The translations under genes and the position numbers were made by a program. A stretch of DNA of 64,000 nucleotides from Trichoplax adhaerens. Its lineage: Eukaryota; Animalia; Placozoa. The stretch covers positions 94,612 to 158,611 of the forward strand of contig NW_002060979.1 of the NCBI RefSeq assembly GCF_000150275.1, written 5' to 3'. How positions within the stretch are numbered: position 1 is the first letter of the stretch; each line of letters starts with the position of its first letter. Shown here in pieces: positions 1 to 14,691 of the stretch. Under the pieces are notes generated by a model. That model searched no databases. It was not told the origin of the DNA and worked only from the letters and a program-made list of their open reading frames with translations.

Positions 1-19
1 AATTATATAACGAAGGAAG

Positions 20-3000
20 GTGCAGCTACGGAGTGGATGGAAATTTTTTCCGCGTAAACTTGGAATCAGAAATTTGCTTTTGAGATATTATTTTTTTTAA
101 CGTTCTCTTGGACAGTCGGACAATTGGACCTCATCTTGTCCAATGGTTAACAGCAACATACAGTAGTCATGATTAGTCATGTAGTCCTCTGGGTATACTG
201 TATCTCTTCATTCCGTACAACCTTTCTACGTGTCCCTAGGCGGTATCTATTGGTGAAAAAAAAAAAGTAAGATCAAGTAAACATTATTCATTATATTCTT
301 ACTGCAAATTAAGGCTAAATTGTAGAAAATTAGTACTGTCACTACCGACACTACGATAATGATAATTATCATTGTATCAGCTTAGATAGCGTGATCGAGA
401 GGATAATGAACTATTATCCCATGTTAACAAATGGACTATAAATAGAGAACAGGTTGTGCAGTAGTCAACCCGCTGACCAATTTGGAGATCGACTAATGTA
501 TAACACTGTACAGTAGATATATACAGCAGGCAGTGAATGAGGAAAATCATATTGCAACGCCACTATCAATTCAAAGTAATATTAATTACAGTAATATATC
601 ACAAGGCAAAACAATTGCCTGGTTGGCTATATTATTGCAAATGCATATTGAGAGTGATTACTGTACAGTATTGTATACTGTAATTAGAAGTTCTCAATAT
701 TTAGATATCATACTCTTACTTAGATATCTTAGATATCATACTCTTACTCTTTAAATAATCGCCTTGAAATTGGAGGTACAGACTCCTAGAATAATATATC
801 ATCGTCTAAGCTATTTACGCTTAGTATCTGAGTAATCGGGGTTATTATGGCTGGGCCTACTGTACCGCACTGTATACTGTAATTAGAAGTTCTAAATATT
901 TAGATATCATATACGTTGATGACAAGTCTAGTCGACGTATGACAATTAATAATTAATAATTATATGTAATGTCGATGCAAATGCAACTACCATACATCTC
1001 TACCTACGACTATTAAAAGGAAAAAAAGAGGGACGTAAAACGGCCGTCAGTACAAAATCATGTGGAGACTTATCATTTTTCCGGCCAATCTACAATTCGG
1101 TATTAATGAAACCGTATACCATACTGCACAAAACCAACTTAGCAGCTAATTTGAATGTTAATTTGCGGGCAGGATAGTGTGCCTTTGCAGACATGCGATA
1201 CAGTTGAAATAACTAGTAAAATAATCAGCCTCTATAGTCAACAATTGTTTTACGCCCCTCTTTCATTTCAGTTTAGTAGTCCCTAATCTATATGGACGTA
1301 TAAATAGCATTAGAAAATCTTGAGAGGTGGAGACCACTATACTCGTAAAAACGAATAATTACAAATCGCTACCTACAAAGGCAAGATAGACTTTATACTG
1401 TACGGAGTATAGGAGTAAATTGCATCAACATCTGAAGTAATCAATTCACTATACTGTATGATGGCAATTAGCTTATTAGCGTTTATAGAACTTTAAAAGA
1501 AGTGGATGGGATTAAAGTTTATCGTTCTGAAGGCAATACTGTATACTGTGCGTGGAGAAGTATGGTATATGTCACTTTCGGCAGATTTGGCACAATAGTA
1601 ATGTCAGCAGTAAAGTACTATTTTGCAGTTAATAATCGTAAAATTGATTCCATATCCTTTACCAGTCATGTTTATTACACTATGATACAAGAAAAATTCT
1701 AAAATATGCATATATAGCATCAAAAAGAAGCGTGTATGGGTTATCGTGGTGTTATTTATAGGATAATACTGATAATTTCATTTTTCTGATATGTAAAACA
1801 AGGCCTGATATTTTATCACAAACTCTCTGAAGATACTTAACAACAACTGTATTCAGCATACTACAGCACCTGCAATTGCAATTATGATAACTACTGTAAA
1901 ATTATAGACGTGATTACATTATCAGACATACAACTGTAATTTACTGGAAAATTATTGCATAATCCTTATGCGACATACTTCTGTTGTGTAGAAAAAGACA
2001 TGTTGCGAAGCTCGATTAACCGTATATTCCAAGGAAATTTCGAAATGCTACTTCCTCCTGAATCTCCAATTTATAAGTATGTAATGAAGTATGGCTTCCG
2101 AAAGCATCCGGTGTTGCAACGTTTAGGTGACAAATCAGTTGACCATCCAATGGCAATCATGGCTGCAACACCAGATGAAGTTTCCATGATACAGTTTTTA
2201 TTACCATTGATTCATGCAAAGAAGGTGTTAGAAATTGGTAAAGAATGCTGACACTAATTTCATTTATAGATCATAATTTGCAATTTAAAAGCAGTAAAGT
2301 TTCCAATGATATACTTTCGAGCATATATTAGCTTACGTAAAATAGCTACTGCAAAGAGTTTTGTTACGCAATTTTTAGTCCAGTGTAGTGTTCGCTTAGT
2401 AACTTATATTTGCATAGTTCAATAACGCTTCAATGTATTTTATTTGTCATATTTTTCAAAAGGATTGCTAATCAATGCATTAGAATAAAAATACCTCTGA
2501 TAATTTTACTATCCTCTAATCTTCAATGCCGGATTCTAGAATAATTATTTTAACGACTTTAGTCTAGGCTAAATTGTTTACTTGTGAAGATAGTCATGGA
2601 ATTCCTTACAGTTTGCTTCCTAATATTCTAAAATAACATACTTGTCTGAAATTGTGACTATCGTATACAATGTAAATGTTATACTAGTGAATTATTATTT
2701 GCGATTAATGTAATTTACGTAGTGAGTGTATCGAGACTACATGCAGTATAATATTGTCTTAATTTACAAACAAGTTAATATATCTTGACAGATATTCCCT
2801 CTACAATAAGCTTCTTTTCTACGATACCATGATGTTGTAGTATTTGATGATGACTATTAATATCCTAGTATAATCTCGGTAATTTCAAAGCTTTGTTAAA
2901 TTGTATGAAATACAAGTATGTTAAGTTTTGTAGGCAATGGATATTGTGCTTCATTGACGAACATATATTTCTAGGTGAATATAATAGCTTTCTCTTGATT

Positions 3001-4235
3001 ACTTTACAATATAGGTGTGTTTACTGGATTCACCACACTTGGAATGGCTCTTGCTTTACCTAGTGATGGTAAAGTAATTGGATTAGACATCAGCAATGAA
3101 TTTGTTGATATTGGCAGACCGTTCTGGAAGGAAGCTGGTGTTGATCACAAAATCGATATAAGAATTCGACCAGCTCTTGAAAGCATGGACCAAATGCTTG
3201 GCAATAATGAATCTGGTACCTTTGATTTCATATTTATCGATGCAGATAAACCCAATTATATTAACTACTATGAAAAATCACTGCAGTTATTAAGAAAAGA
3301 TGGCATTATCGCTGTTGACAACACAATATGGGGAGGTCGTGTAACAGATGAGTCTATTAATGATGTTAAAACTACAACCATTCGTAAATTAAATAGCATC
3401 ATCAAAGACGATGAACGTGTTGAATTTGTCATGTTAACCGTATCAGATGGTGTAAGTTTGGTTCGAAAAAAATAGACTATGCTACCTTATTGTCATATCT
3501 ATAAATATCTACACTAACAATTGATTGCGTTACCAATAATATTTAACCGGTGATATATTGATACCATTATAGTATTAGTATTATTTCTAGTTCAATTCAT
3601 AGTGTGTTAAAGCCAGAAAGATGCTAAACTATCACTATATAATGGCTAGTAATATACTAACACAAAATAAATACGGTGCCGATATATATTGGTAATTGAC
3701 CACAAATACAGTGTTGAATCAGCAGCTTTTACTGTATTAACTTAACTGTAAGCATACTATAGATCATTAGGCTCATAGCTTCATATTTTCGTGCTTGACT
3801 CATTGATGGATGTAACGTAATGTTAGTGGCAATTTTCGAAATGTTTATCCCACAAAAGCTACGTAATAAAGAGATGGCATTTCTTTATAGTCTGTATAAT
3901 TCATTGTGAAGAACTGTTACGGCTATAGCACTTTATTATGAAGAACAATACTATAGAAAATGATGCAACGGAGTAACGGACTCTTCCTGTAAGTTGGTTG
4001 ATCTATAATTATAATTAAATAATAACCGAATGTACAGTACATGCATCGATATTTACATGTCTATAAGATACGTGTACATTACATCTATGTAAATATATTC
4101 AAAAATTTTTTATAATTAGAAAAATATTAAATTCGAAACCAAGTAGGCCTGAGATAATTAAGTCAACATTAATTTTAGCATTATTTAATTTCATGGAAGT
4201 ATCCCACGGATATATGCATTACATTAATTATAATT
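20..4235. repeat. Left arm of an inverted segmental duplication (partner about 45990-49444)
   Basis: 20-85 gtgcagctacggagtggatggaaatttt...ttggaatcagaaattt matches the reverse complement of 49381-49444. Homology continues through the OMT exons, intron and 3' flank to about 4235, interrupted at about 1110-2045. Confidence 0.88.
2000..3475 (+). CDS. Class I cation-dependent SAM O-methyltransferase (CCoAOMT/COMTD1-like), copy 1; exons 2000-2237 and 3015-3475, about 232 aa
   Basis: GT-AG intron 2238-3014 (phase 1) joins ...KKVLEI-G-VFTGFTTL, forming the SAM-binding motif. FDFIFIDADK and VDN metal-binding motifs are present, and the C-terminus is ...DGVSLVRKK*. The start is uncertain: a possible upstream exon lies at 1060-1099. 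Confidence 0.9.
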
Positions 4236-6568
4236 ACGATGGTTTGATTTATTTGATGGACAAATCTAATAGAATATTATGTTTTTTTTAATTTAGTTCT
4301 TATGTGATACCATTACATTATGTTATTTACGCGTATACCAGTCTATACTGTATACGTATGTATTTTATTACAGGGACGTAATATAAGGTTGAGACAATAA
4401 TGAACTATACTTTGCGTATATGGCAGAGCTGTAGTTGTGAATATATCAGAATGGAAATGCCTGAACGATTTACATCTAATGCCGCATTATCGCTATTCCT
4501 GGAGATTAATAGCAACAAAGTTAACCTTAAATGCAGATTTTAAACTTAACATTCCAATGACAGTAATCCAATCTAGATTCTCTTAGATTCTATCTAATGC
4601 TGTAATTATTTATTCGATGTACGGTTAGTGTGTATATGATAACTGAACTGAAATAGCTAATAATCCTATTTAAGATTATTTTCGCTTTGTAACCACTTTA
4701 CGCTTGTAGACATTTCTGTCCGGTATATGACACAATGATGTCGAGTGTTATGCTTTAGTTTCTGTAGTCAACTCGGAAATGTTAGTGTTTCTATGAGTTT
4801 TATACCACCGTTAATTAAAGCATAGTGTATAGATAATATGGATAGTAAGCGTAAAGAACTGGATATGAAACTGGACATAACAACAGTGAAAATATTTACT
4901 ATTAGCGATAATAATACATCCAAATCTTCGTTTTAGATAGAAATATAGGGCTTGTCCTACCGTAAATATTAGGATCACGTATTATGATCGTCGATACCAT
5001 CGTAACGCATTATATCGATGGTGCACTGAGTTTTCTCTTAAGACTGTCATTTCAAGTACTGATCGTTCATAGCGATTCTATGACAGTATTGAACAAAGCA
5101 GGTACGGTCTGTTTATTTATAACTATCACGATATGACTAATAGATAGATAGTTGGGGGTTTGGGGCTTTCAAAGTTAAACTATAATATCAAGACAATGGA
5201 ATATATCTGTCCATGTGATATGACTAATCCTGATAGACCTTAATGAGCAACTAATTTACGTCGTAAAATTACCCATTAGCGATTCTCGAGTTTATTAAAA
5301 TTATGCAATCCCTATTCTATATTCCTACCACGCTATGTTCCAATGTACTATAAAAATAAGATTTTCCCTCATTAAAACGAAGAAATCCAACTTAATGTAA
5401 GATGTAGAAATCATCTAGCTGACATACTTTATTCGTGTGTCATTGTTGTGCTAATCTATTCAAAAATAAGATCTACCATGTGCATATACAATACAAAATT
5501 GATAGTACACTGCAAGTTTCACAAGATTCTATTCATAAAAAATGGATGAAAGTCCATTCATAATGTCTAGTTTTCTTATAAAACAAAAAATATCCTCCCT
5601 ATCCCAGATCACCATAGCAACCTGGTCGACGCTTCATTTGTATTGATTTTCCATCGATTAAGTCAAAACAAACCAATGTGAAATTCTAGTAATATCTATT
5701 AGATTAAGTAGATAGAATTAGGTGAAGCTGCTGTAGTACAACAATGTAATGTGGTCGGCATAGTATATTAAAAACTAGGATATCGATATTTCATCACTTT
5801 AAGATCTTGTCGGTCAATTATTGACGTCAAGTTGGTAAAATATTAAGTTTGGACTACTTTATAAGCAAATTAGTTTCTTATTTGCTTTCATTCAAAGCCG
5901 ATGGACCATTTTAAGCAGACGTAAGTTATAGCATTGAGTACACAACAAGGATGATGTTAGTTTTACACTAGATTACGGTAGAATAGTTTAATATCCAACT
6001 AAGGTTATGGACTGAAAATTCGATCACGAACGCTTTCACTCTGCTTATATCTTATACCCTTACGTAGATAATTGATTATTGGTGCTGTTTTTTTTGTTAG
6101 ATGATCAATTATAATTATTATTACATCAATTTATCATATAGCTACGATAAGCTAAGATATATAACAACAATTATGATAAATTTACTCTAATTTGCCTCGG
6201 CTTAGCTTTACGTGTATTCTGAAAGTAATGCCGTGGAATATAGTAAATAAAAATAATATAAAATCGCTCAAAAATTAATATTTATGTTGTATCCTTTCAT
6301 TCAGATAGTTGACTACCTATTAGACCTACCATCTTCTGTAACTAACTTCGGTTGGCAGAAACAGCTTTTGAAAATTGCTGAACTCAGAATCTATTATTTG
6401 AAATATTTTTCCCTTTAATTTTAAAACAATTACGGCGTAACTATTATTGGAAGCCTTTGCAATTGGACGCGCCGATATTATCGATGAGAATTAGATTTGC
6501 CATTATTTGATCAAGACTAGACCCGATATAATTAATCTATCTGCAAGCAGTAAAGATAATACGCTATC

Positions 6569-9500
6569 ATGCTTAATACTAGAAAGTTTAAAAGGGCAAA
6601 AAATAAAATTAAAGGTAGTAATGCTTACAACAGTAAAGCTACATCAAAACGAAAAGGGCATAAAGTGCTTCAATATGAAAGCCAAGTCAATCGAGTTCAG
6701 TTTCCTTCTCAGCAGCATCCTGATCAACACAAGGTACGCTAATCATAACTGATCCATTCTTATAGTGTAATTTATTGCTTCCTAAAATAGTAGCTTACGA
6801 TCAAAGCAAAGATTTTGCTGCATGACTAGTCTATCGATAATTCAACCATAGTACAACAGCTGCACCATTTATTGATAAGCTAAAAATTGTAATAATATAT
6901 TTATTACTTTTGTAATGATTAAATTTTAAATATATTTTATAAGATGGCAGATTAAATCATTAAGTAATATGTAATATTTCTCTATAGCAGCAGTCGTACA
7001 AATATGAGGGATTACTTTGTTACTACATCGGTGATGATTTAAATACAGTTTACTGATTAGTATTATCATCACATGAATTACGTGAGCACTATCTACTTTA
7101 ATTAATAAACTTTAATTAACTTTACTAATTTTAAGTTATTATCCAAAGTATTATCATTTGTTTTAGGTAAAATCGAAATACTAGTTTAACTAGAACTTAA
7201 TGTTATGATTAAGCTCAACGACCAGCTATATTTACAATAAGTATAATTATATCGCAGAGCTTATTTAATTTGAACTTATGTGAAGAGAATGAGACATTGC
7301 CAGGTGTCTGCAAAGCTAAATCAATCAACGGAATAGCAAGTATCGACGATGATACAGAAGTAAGATACAAAAATGCGGTTAATTTATTACCTAATATTAA
7401 TAAGAAATTTCAGCAAGTAAATAATCTCATGATATTCGATCCCATATAACATTCTATGCTTGAATTCCCCCGCATTCTAATTTTACAGGACTCGATACAA
7501 AGTTCTCTCAGTAAATTAAGCTCCGATAGATCCTGTGCTGATATTACAGAGTCTGCTCAAACAAATAATAAAATTTTACCTTGCTTGGATAGTAAATCGA
7601 AAAGATCATCATCAGTCAATACAGATGATTTACCTGAGCAAGAAAATAGGAAAGTCGCTGCTACCAAAAATAAGGGAAAAATCAGAAGTGGTCAACAGCA
7701 AGTTATTAGGACAAAAACTTACAATATTGATCATCAAGCTCAACCAACGAGTCATGATGGCAATAAAGTTAAAAATCTGAAGCAAAATCATCAATCACAA
7801 GTCAACAAACATCGCCAACATTGCCGACGCCAAACACATCCAATGGCTAAACGTGAACAACACTATTCTAAACCAATACCAATTCCAAACACTAATAGAA
7901 ATGCTATTTATTCTACCTCGTTTTCTCCACTTAATTTACCTCGTTTAGATATGAAGGATTTGCAGGATATTATAGCAGCAGCAATTAAGGTAAAATAAAT
8001 TTTTCTTTTCTAGTCAATAAAACGGGTTTAAATATGATGAACCAAACGATGCTAAGAAGAAACACATTTATTACGACAAATTGTGAATTTAATTCTAGTA
8101 ATAATGTTTTAGTATATATTATATTGAACAGTACGTAGAACCTTAATATAAGAAAGTGATAGTAGTATAGATTATCGACTATATCCTTTCCACGTACGAA
8201 AATTTTGAGCATTAATATTGGTTAGTTAGTAATGATACTCTCTAAATCATTAAATTTCTTATCATATTGTCGAAATTAGCTACTATATGTAAACTCCATT
8301 GATTTAAAAGCCTAATGCGTATTATAAATTAACATCTTAAATCATGGCTAGTGAATTAAGTTACTATTTTACTCACAGTTTTTAAATTAAGTATGAATTT
8401 AATAATATTTCCATTATTAAAAGAGCTTAAGAACAGTATTTTATTATGAAATATATAAATTATTCCGATAATGAACTTCCCTTTACTGAAATATTTTGAA
8501 GCTCTAATTTGAATCCTATTTATTGACAGCGTCGCAAGATATTTCTATGTATAGGAAATTACCCTACATTGCGTAATTCGTTGCGAAGCCGTCAGTGGAT
8601 CGAAAAAGATTATAAGACACGTCCACCCAATGCTAATATTGCTCAAATTCTGGCTTCTCATGAAGAAAATATTACTAATAATGATAAGAATTCTAATCCG
8701 TCTCAACTTGAAGATGGTGTTTTCAATCAGGAATCCGATGACGATTTAAAAGAAACAATCAAAGCACATACTAAACTCTTGCTTATTCGAGCTAAGCATG
8801 CTTCCCCTATGCATGATAGTATTTTAGATCGACAGTATAGGATGATGGTAATTAATTTTAATATCGACTTTGTATCTTATAATACTCTCTTCATTCTATT
8901 CAATATAATATTAAATTTATCGATGTATATATACGAATAATTCTATGAAATTTATCGCGACAGTCGAGAGCCATACAAAATCTTCAGCCAGGTCTAATAT
9001 GGACTTCTAAAAGAGACGATATCGATTATAAATCGCTAGCTAGGGTATAGTTCATAAGCTATTTTCTTTGAATTAACTATATTATTAGAGGACTATGCTC
9101 GTCTAGGAATATCTATGTAACGCAGACCAATAATCTGATACTTGATATAATTGCAGTATCAAATTGTTAATCATTATGAGAAAACGATCCCGTTAACAAC
9201 GAAGGTCAGTTTCCATAATGCAACCTAAATTTGTTTTAGTATTTACTAATTAGTTGGAAAATGAATTACTTTAGTTCTTTTCGTGTTACTAAGTCTTAAA
9301 TTCTTTATCGCTTTCCAACCCAACGTTGCCAGGTGGGTTTATGTACAAGTATAAAAAATTTAAGTTGGGTCCAAGAAATTGATTCAGACACAATTTTCCC
9401 GCGATGTTTTCAACTTCACATGGAGGAAGAATTACAAGCTTTTATAGGTTAGTATTTATGTAGATAATTTTAGCTAATAGTCTCCACTGTTTGTAATGCA

Positions 9501-12500
9501 AAAATAGAGAGCAAATGGAAAATTGATTACAAAACAGTAAAATTCATGAAAATATCCGTAACTATATTGAGAGAAATTCATTCCTGAATTTTTAGATGAC
9601 TTTCGATTAACAGCGGCAGTTAATATCCTAAAATGGATCATCGATCCTAGCATTAATGGGAAATCGTCTAAAGCGAATTCAAAACATTCAGAAAAAATTC
9701 ACGATGCTGTTGTTCGATATGCCTTGCAAGCTTGTGAAAATTATATCGAGTGTCAGACGCATTTGGATCTTGATGTGGCGACTGATCTGGTTAGTATCCA
9801 TATTTATTTCATGATAATTTATTGCAAAATTTTGCAACTCTACTGCAAGAGTAGTTCGCAACAGATCGCCTAGTGTATAAGCAGATTTAGTCTAACACCA
9901 GACAAATTAGAAAATAGAGTGATAAATTATATTCATAAAATAGATTATGAGTGTGTAGTATTTAGTTTGAAATTGCTAAAAGGATCTAATGAAGCTAACA
10001 ATTTAGAGGTGTGATCCTTCATTGCAAAAGTTCAGTCTTAATAATTGTACATGTTTTGTGCGCAAATAATTTTCTCTGCATATCTAAGTAGAGTAGAAAT
10101 TTTAAAATACTCGTAGATTTTATGGAAATAAAATATTTATTAGTAAGATTAAAAAATTTTAAAGCGGATAAATTCGATGAATATATAATTGGGATATCTG
10201 CAATTTTAATTCGGGTCTGGATAAAAATTTTGTCTCAATTTCTAAGAATCAAGCAGCTACTGAGCGAAAACAAACATAGTCGCCTACTAATTGATTCCAA
10301 TTGATTTTTTTTTATAGAGATCTAAATTGGATGATAATAAGTGGAATTTACTGCTGTCATCCTATTATCAAATTATCCAGTAATTAATTAATTAAAATAC
10401 CAATTTCTATATCGATGATGGTGTTAATTTAAATTTGAGAATTTTAAATGAAGAGAAATAGGCTTGACCATGATAAGATTTTTTATCCAGTCGAACATTT
10501 TATAATACCGTAAAGAAACTATGTAGAGATTTTTGAATAATTTCACCATATATTGAATACTTTCTGTATTACTACATTATAGTCAAGATATTGACTTTAG
10601 CAACCGTGATGCCTTCGCAGAAGAAGCCAAGAATATGTTGCAAAGTGTAAGTTTATAGTAGCTTAAATCATCTTGAAAATTTAGCAAGCATGAAATGTAA
10701 AATTTAAATATCCTATTCAAATATCCTATTCAAGATTATTCTTTTATTGTATCCACTGCAACATTTATTAACTCAAAATTAGATCATAATTAACCTATTT
10801 TCCTAGCTATAATATCTCTTGACAGAATTGTAATCTTTGCTTAATATCCTCTTCAAATTAACTAAATAACTTGCTAATAATTAATTTGGATCGATAACGA
10901 TGTATCGGCTATTAGATCAAACTGTTACTTCCACAATTCGATATTGACGGGGTTCGAAATGTTTGGATTATGAAGCCAGCTGCTAAATCGCGAGGTCGAG
11001 GTATGGAGTTTAAGATAGATCCAATCGATAGCATTATTAGATAGAAGCCATAGAAAGTCTCTAAATAAATACCTGAGCATTCAGCTGGTATATATCAAGT
11101 TTGAAGATATTTACAAATTCAGAAATCTAAAGCGATTTAAATCTAACAATTGTACATTTAGAATAATATCCTACATCCAATTACTGCCGTCGTTTAACTC
11201 CCTAGCGATAGAGTTTCATCCAGTTTAGAAGATTAATTCCGAATTCCGATATCTAATTGTTCACTATTTACAGTCATTTGCCTACATTTAGCAGTAAAAA
11301 TAAATTTAGCTTGTAATTTATACTCAGTTAAATTGTCTTAACAATTGCACTTGTACGATAGCTTGTACTTTTTCTATTTACTCTAATTTTATCCATCATA
11401 AGAGTTGATATAACATGGAACGATGAACATATAAAAAAATTCCTATTTCGTTTTTAGGAATTGTTTGTATGGACCGATTGAGCAATATTATTGAATACTA
11501 TCAACAATGCCGAGAATCCAAATGGGTTATACAAAAATATATCGGTAAACCTAATATTTTATGTCATAATAATACATCTATATTAACGACAAAAATCGGT
11601 TATCGCGATTAATAGTTTACATTTATCTAGCTACTGCAATATATACGAGTAGCTTTAGGTGATATACACGCAGACATAATTTTATGAACATCTCCAATCG
11701 ATACTTCCTTTAATTTATTTATAACGTTAGTAGTTTTCTGAAATACATTTATAAATTCATAAATTACCAATGTGTATAAAGTTATCTTATGTCAAATGAT
11801 TACAGATCGTAAAATTCGGTATTAATTTCTGAACTTGCTTTAATTTTGTAGAGAGACCCTTGTTGATCTATAATACAAAATTTGATATTCGCCAATGGTT
11901 TTTAGTGACTGATTGGAATCCATTAACTGTTTGGATATACAAGGTCTAGTATATAATTTCTTTTAATGAATAAAATTAGGCAATTTTGTTTCCTATATAC
12001 TTTACTTACATTTGTCATCTCTTGTTGATTGTAAATAGGATTCATACTTAAGATTTTGTACGCAGCAGTATACATTGAACAACTTAGAAGAGTAAGTCCC
12101 GATATTGAACATTAATATTGCTAATATTAAAATAATCATTTCGTTTGATGATACATTTAAAAATAATAGAGCACGCGATCTCACGTCAATATTCTGATCA
12201 TATTTATTATGCAAATTAACCAATACTAACTATTTTGAACCATCTATTATATTAGAAAGATACATTTATCAAATAATGCTATTCAAAAGAAATACAGCAA
12301 TGGAGAAAGATCTAAATACTTACCAGCTGAAAATATGTGGAGTTCCAATAAATTTAAGCAATATTTGAGGTTTGAGTCGTCTTACAGCGAAAGCGCTTTT
12401 TTAACCTGTTTCAATCCAAGCTCGATAATTTCTGATTGGAGATCTGATAGTGATCGACATTGATCGCAGTTTAAATTAATTATTTCATATTAGATTCTAT

Positions 12501-14691
12501 TCTATTTTGCTACTGCGTACTGTAATCGTTTAAAAATACAATAATAATTTCTTAATTAATAGACAACATAGTCACTGCAATACTTGGGAAGAAATTATAT
12601 ATCCAGGCATGAAGGAAATTATAAGTCTAGTATTGCAAGCAAACCAGGAAACCATTTCCGACTATAGAAAGGTATGGACAAGTGGCAAATTAGGATTATA
12701 TTTCATCTAGACTAATGTAGCAATCATTTTGTTTAGCCTTGTAAATTAATCTTAATTTATGATCTTTACGTAAGATAGCGAGTTACGAATACTATTGTAT
12801 CTTAGTCTTCTAACTTACGTACTATCTTGACATTTTTCGAGTATCCAAGTGGTTCTAAATCCGACTGAGAGATGTTTACGACTTATAATTGACCATATCA
12901 TATCTTATCATGGATTCTTTTTAACATTAGCGATAGAAACATTAAAGAGTTAAAATTAATTTTATAATAGTACGATTTACGAAAGTATAACAGAGGGCCT
13001 ACATACCTTTCATCAGTTTCCTGTCATCATTTTTGATGAAAAGCGTTCAATTCTATCTTAAAAACTAACCTAAAGTTCTTTCATGTATATATTCTTTGCA
13101 TTAGAATTCATTTGAACTCTTTGGAGCAGATTTTATGTTGGGAGAGGATTTTAAGCCATGGCTGGTAAGTTTATAGACGATGCCAATTCTGAAATTTTAC
13201 ACCTTAAATTTACAAAACATGTAATAAACTTTTATATTACTTTCCGCTTAAAGTGAAGGATATTTGCGTTTAGGTTTATGCTTAATTTGTTTCTGACGTT
13301 ATGCTTCAATGTTAATTCTAGATTGAAATCAATAGCTGCCCCGATTTATCCGCTTCAACATCCGTTACGGCTGAGTTATGTGCATCAGTTATAAATGATA
13401 CAATTAAAGGTAAAGTTACCAATTTAAATTCTTGAATAAAAATTAGAATTGTACTCAGTTCTCTTCTTGAGCATTGCTATTAATTTACTTTATAGTATAT
13501 TATGATAAAATCAACAGATTTTCATTAAGATAGAGCAATAATTTTCTACCAATCCATTTTAATTTGCTAATTAATTGTGAAAAAAGGAAATGATAGTGCC
13601 TGAAAACTAATTCAAACTGAGTACTATTAAAATAGTTAGTCTGCTTATACATGTGTATTCAATCATTTTTAATTGTAATCCAGCTTAATTTATTTTCATT
13701 TTCTAATGAATTTATTCATTCTCCATTTTTATATATAGTGATCATCGATAGAAAAGAAAATAAATCTTGTGATATTGGAGAATTTGAGTTATTAGTTAAG
13801 AAAGTAAGATTTCAGATATGATATCGTCAATTGAAATAATTTTATTTTATATCATCTTAAATACCACGTTATGATCTCCCGAATACTGTATTAATGCTAA
13901 TTCTGAGCAGAATACCATTTGTATTAACCTTATTTACATACTAATCAGCTGAAATTAGTATACTGTGTGTTAATGAATGTTACATAATTGATTTTAACCT
14001 GTATTTGTATATCAACTACAGGTGGTTCACCTAGTAGCTAGCTGCTATTTATTCTTTAAAATGTTTTTAATGTAAATTTTGCCGGTATCAATTGCTTATT
14101 ACTTGATGGAAATTTTGAATACCGTAGTTTAATAATCATGCTGTGTATTTTTGCGTCAAATGATAACATAGACGAGATTATTTCTATTTTAGAGTTTGTA
14201 GTTGATCATTTATTAACAGATTTTTATTTTATTCTTAATAGCAACCACTGGAAAGACCTGCTTATGTTGGTCTAAATTTAGCTATCCACGGTAAAAAAAT
14301 ACCGAAATTAATAACCGATAGGATATCTCCTAAATATGAAAATAAATTAGAGCAATTGCTAAATGGGCCACAAGATCCATCAACAGCACATAGGCAGCGC
14401 CAAAGTGGGTCCCAAAACTTGAATCATTCATCCAATAGAAAAGATTTAAAAAAATTGTTAACGATGGCCAATATACGCATGCAAACTTCTGTGTATCAAT
14501 CAAATACGGTCTATAACGAACAAACACATAATTTGATTCAATCGAATTCATTCAATCATGCAACTACAATCAGCAATAATAGCAACAAACCTACCTATGC
14601 TACTAAAACTATACCATTTTGTACCAAACCAATCCATTATACAGCAATATTGCAGAATTTATTACAGTCTCGTGGCCCTATTAATAGTTAA
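6569..14691 (+). CDS. TTLL3: Tubulin monoglycylase, TTLL3/TTLL8 family (multi-exon)
   Basis: Spliced GT-AG exons give [25 protein letters not shown] (~8530), [18 protein letters not shown]...FPRCF (~9160-9450), [15 protein letters not shown] (~10960), [33 protein letters not shown] (~11520-11940), [10 protein letters not shown] (~12260), [27 protein letters not shown] (~13105-13345) and a last exon 14242-14691. The 5' exons (ATG 6569, ~7258-7416, ~7490-7990) are low-complexity and less certain. TTLL3 and TTLL8 cannot be distinguished by eye. Confidence 0.88.

Noticed and set aside
2000-3475. Bacterial contamination or recent HGT of the OMT
   Set aside because: It has a spliceosomal intron, host-like composition, and animals carry COMTD1-type homologs. 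Ancient origin cannot be judged without a phylogeny.
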